A stretch of 64,000 nucleotides of DNA from Oligoflexales bacterium (GTDB lineage: Bacteria > Bdellovibrionota_B > Oligoflexia > Oligoflexales > Bog-1112), in assembly GCA_045105515.1 (NCBI GenBank), contig JBGCDR010000035.1:413-64412 (forward strand). The letters run 5' to 3'. Position numbers and translations under genes: made by a program. The notes under the pieces were generated by a model, which saw only the letters and a list, made by a program, of their open reading frames with translations, did not search any database and was not told the DNA's origin. This document shows, piece after piece, positions 63,293 to 64,000 of this stretch (the stretch's first letter is position 1; every line of letters starts with the position of its first letter).

Positions 63293-63955
63293 TTAAAACT
63301 TAGGAAATAGACCTTGCTGAGCATCAAATATACAGAGCACTAATCCTTCAAGCACTTCAAGAACTCCATATGGCTCAATCAGCTCATTTCTTGTCGCTAA
63401 AATACCACGGTTTTGAAAGATAACTTGTTTGGAAAGCTTATATTTTAGTCCATGTGAATTCACAGTCGCCTTTGGGTATGGAAATAGAGAGATTTTTGCA
63501 CCAAGGTAACTATGGAATTCTAAACGTTTGTTGACTAAACAACCAATCTTACAATTACTAGCAAAATAGTCAAAAAAGTAAAACTCATCTTCATACTCTA
63601 AGTTTTTTACCAAAACTTGAATATTGCCAATGATATGATCTAATTCTCCGCCTCCTATCCCAAATATGCTTGTTCTCCCCCAGCACTGTTCACGGATAAA
63701 ATGGATAGATTTTTCAAAGTCAGTCATATCCTGATTATGGGTTTCAATCTTAGCTATGTCGCAGGCAATTTTGCTACCATCAACAGAGTCAAAGTCACCT
63801 ATGAGAAAATCAGGCGCTAGACCAAAGGATTGGAGCTTGTGATAAGCTTGATCAACTGCAATAAGACGCTTAGGATCAAAGGCTTGAATTTGCTTGGCAG
63901 CAAGACCGGATAACTCTCCACCTAGTACTAATATAGTCTCAGTTGGTAAAATCAA
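63293..63955 (-). CDS. thiN: Thiamine pyrophosphokinase
   Basis: LIGDFDS, DMTDFEKS, GIGGGELDHIIGNIQ, SLFPY, GLKYKL and ATRNE parallel the conserved blocks of ThiN/TPK enzymes as I recall them. Length is 220 aa. Confidence 0.75.
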   Translation of the reverse strand: MILPTETILVLGGELSGLAAKQIQAFDPKRLIAVDQAYHKLQSFGLAPDFLIGDFDSVDGSKIACDIAKIETHNQDMTDFEKSIHFIREQCWGRTSIFGIGGGELDHIIGNIQVLVKNLEYEDEFYFFDYFASNCKIGCLVNKRLEFHSYLGAKISLFPYPKATVNSHGLKYKLSKQVIFQNRGILATRNELIEPYGVLEVLEGLVLCIFDAQQGLFPKF

Positions 63956-64000
63956 AATTCCTCCTAGACACTATCTAGAATCTTTCCAAGATCGTTCAGA

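Overview
This is a 64-kb chromosomal segment from an AT-rich Gram-negative bacterium. Many lipobox lipoproteins, an Slt70-type transglycosylase, HtrA, cytochrome c' and N/Q-rich secreted proteins are reminiscent of Bdellovibrionota/Oligoflexia-like organisms, but that is inference only. I call about 45 protein genes. Housekeeping genes are pheS-pheT, an AspC-like aminotransferase, metQNI, glpX, a class A PBP, HtrA, Slt, TatD, speH, manC, gpx, crcB, thiamine pyrophosphokinase and an M16 peptidase. I could not find any rRNA, tRNA, CRISPR array, transposase or integrase. Main observations: (1) a complete, translationally coupled oleABCD olefin/beta-lactone cluster at 36230-40803. (2) An uncharacterised co-directional Hsp70-like / Hsp70-like / DUF2760 trio at 8629-14349 with no DnaJ or GrpE. 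It lies downstream of manC and of a receiver-GGDEF gene broken by a 5-nt tandem repeat, (ATCAG)x3, inside the I-site codons. This trio is my best candidate for an undescribed system, but it is a candidate only. (3) A roughly 200-nt multi-helix candidate structured RNA upstream of aspC-pheST that I cannot assign to a known class. (4) A dispersed 60-70 bp intergenic repeat family. (5) An AT-rich island at 33.5-36.2 kb holding an LRR lipoprotein, a mobile-element-type small ORF, nearly 1 kb of noncoding DNA and recurrent ATCTTG/CAAGAT sites. (6) Several degenerate signalling genes: a histidine kinase with Gln at the phospho-acceptor position and a decayed HATPase relic next to 46-bp direct repeats. 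All functional calls come from motif reading by eye. No database search was run.
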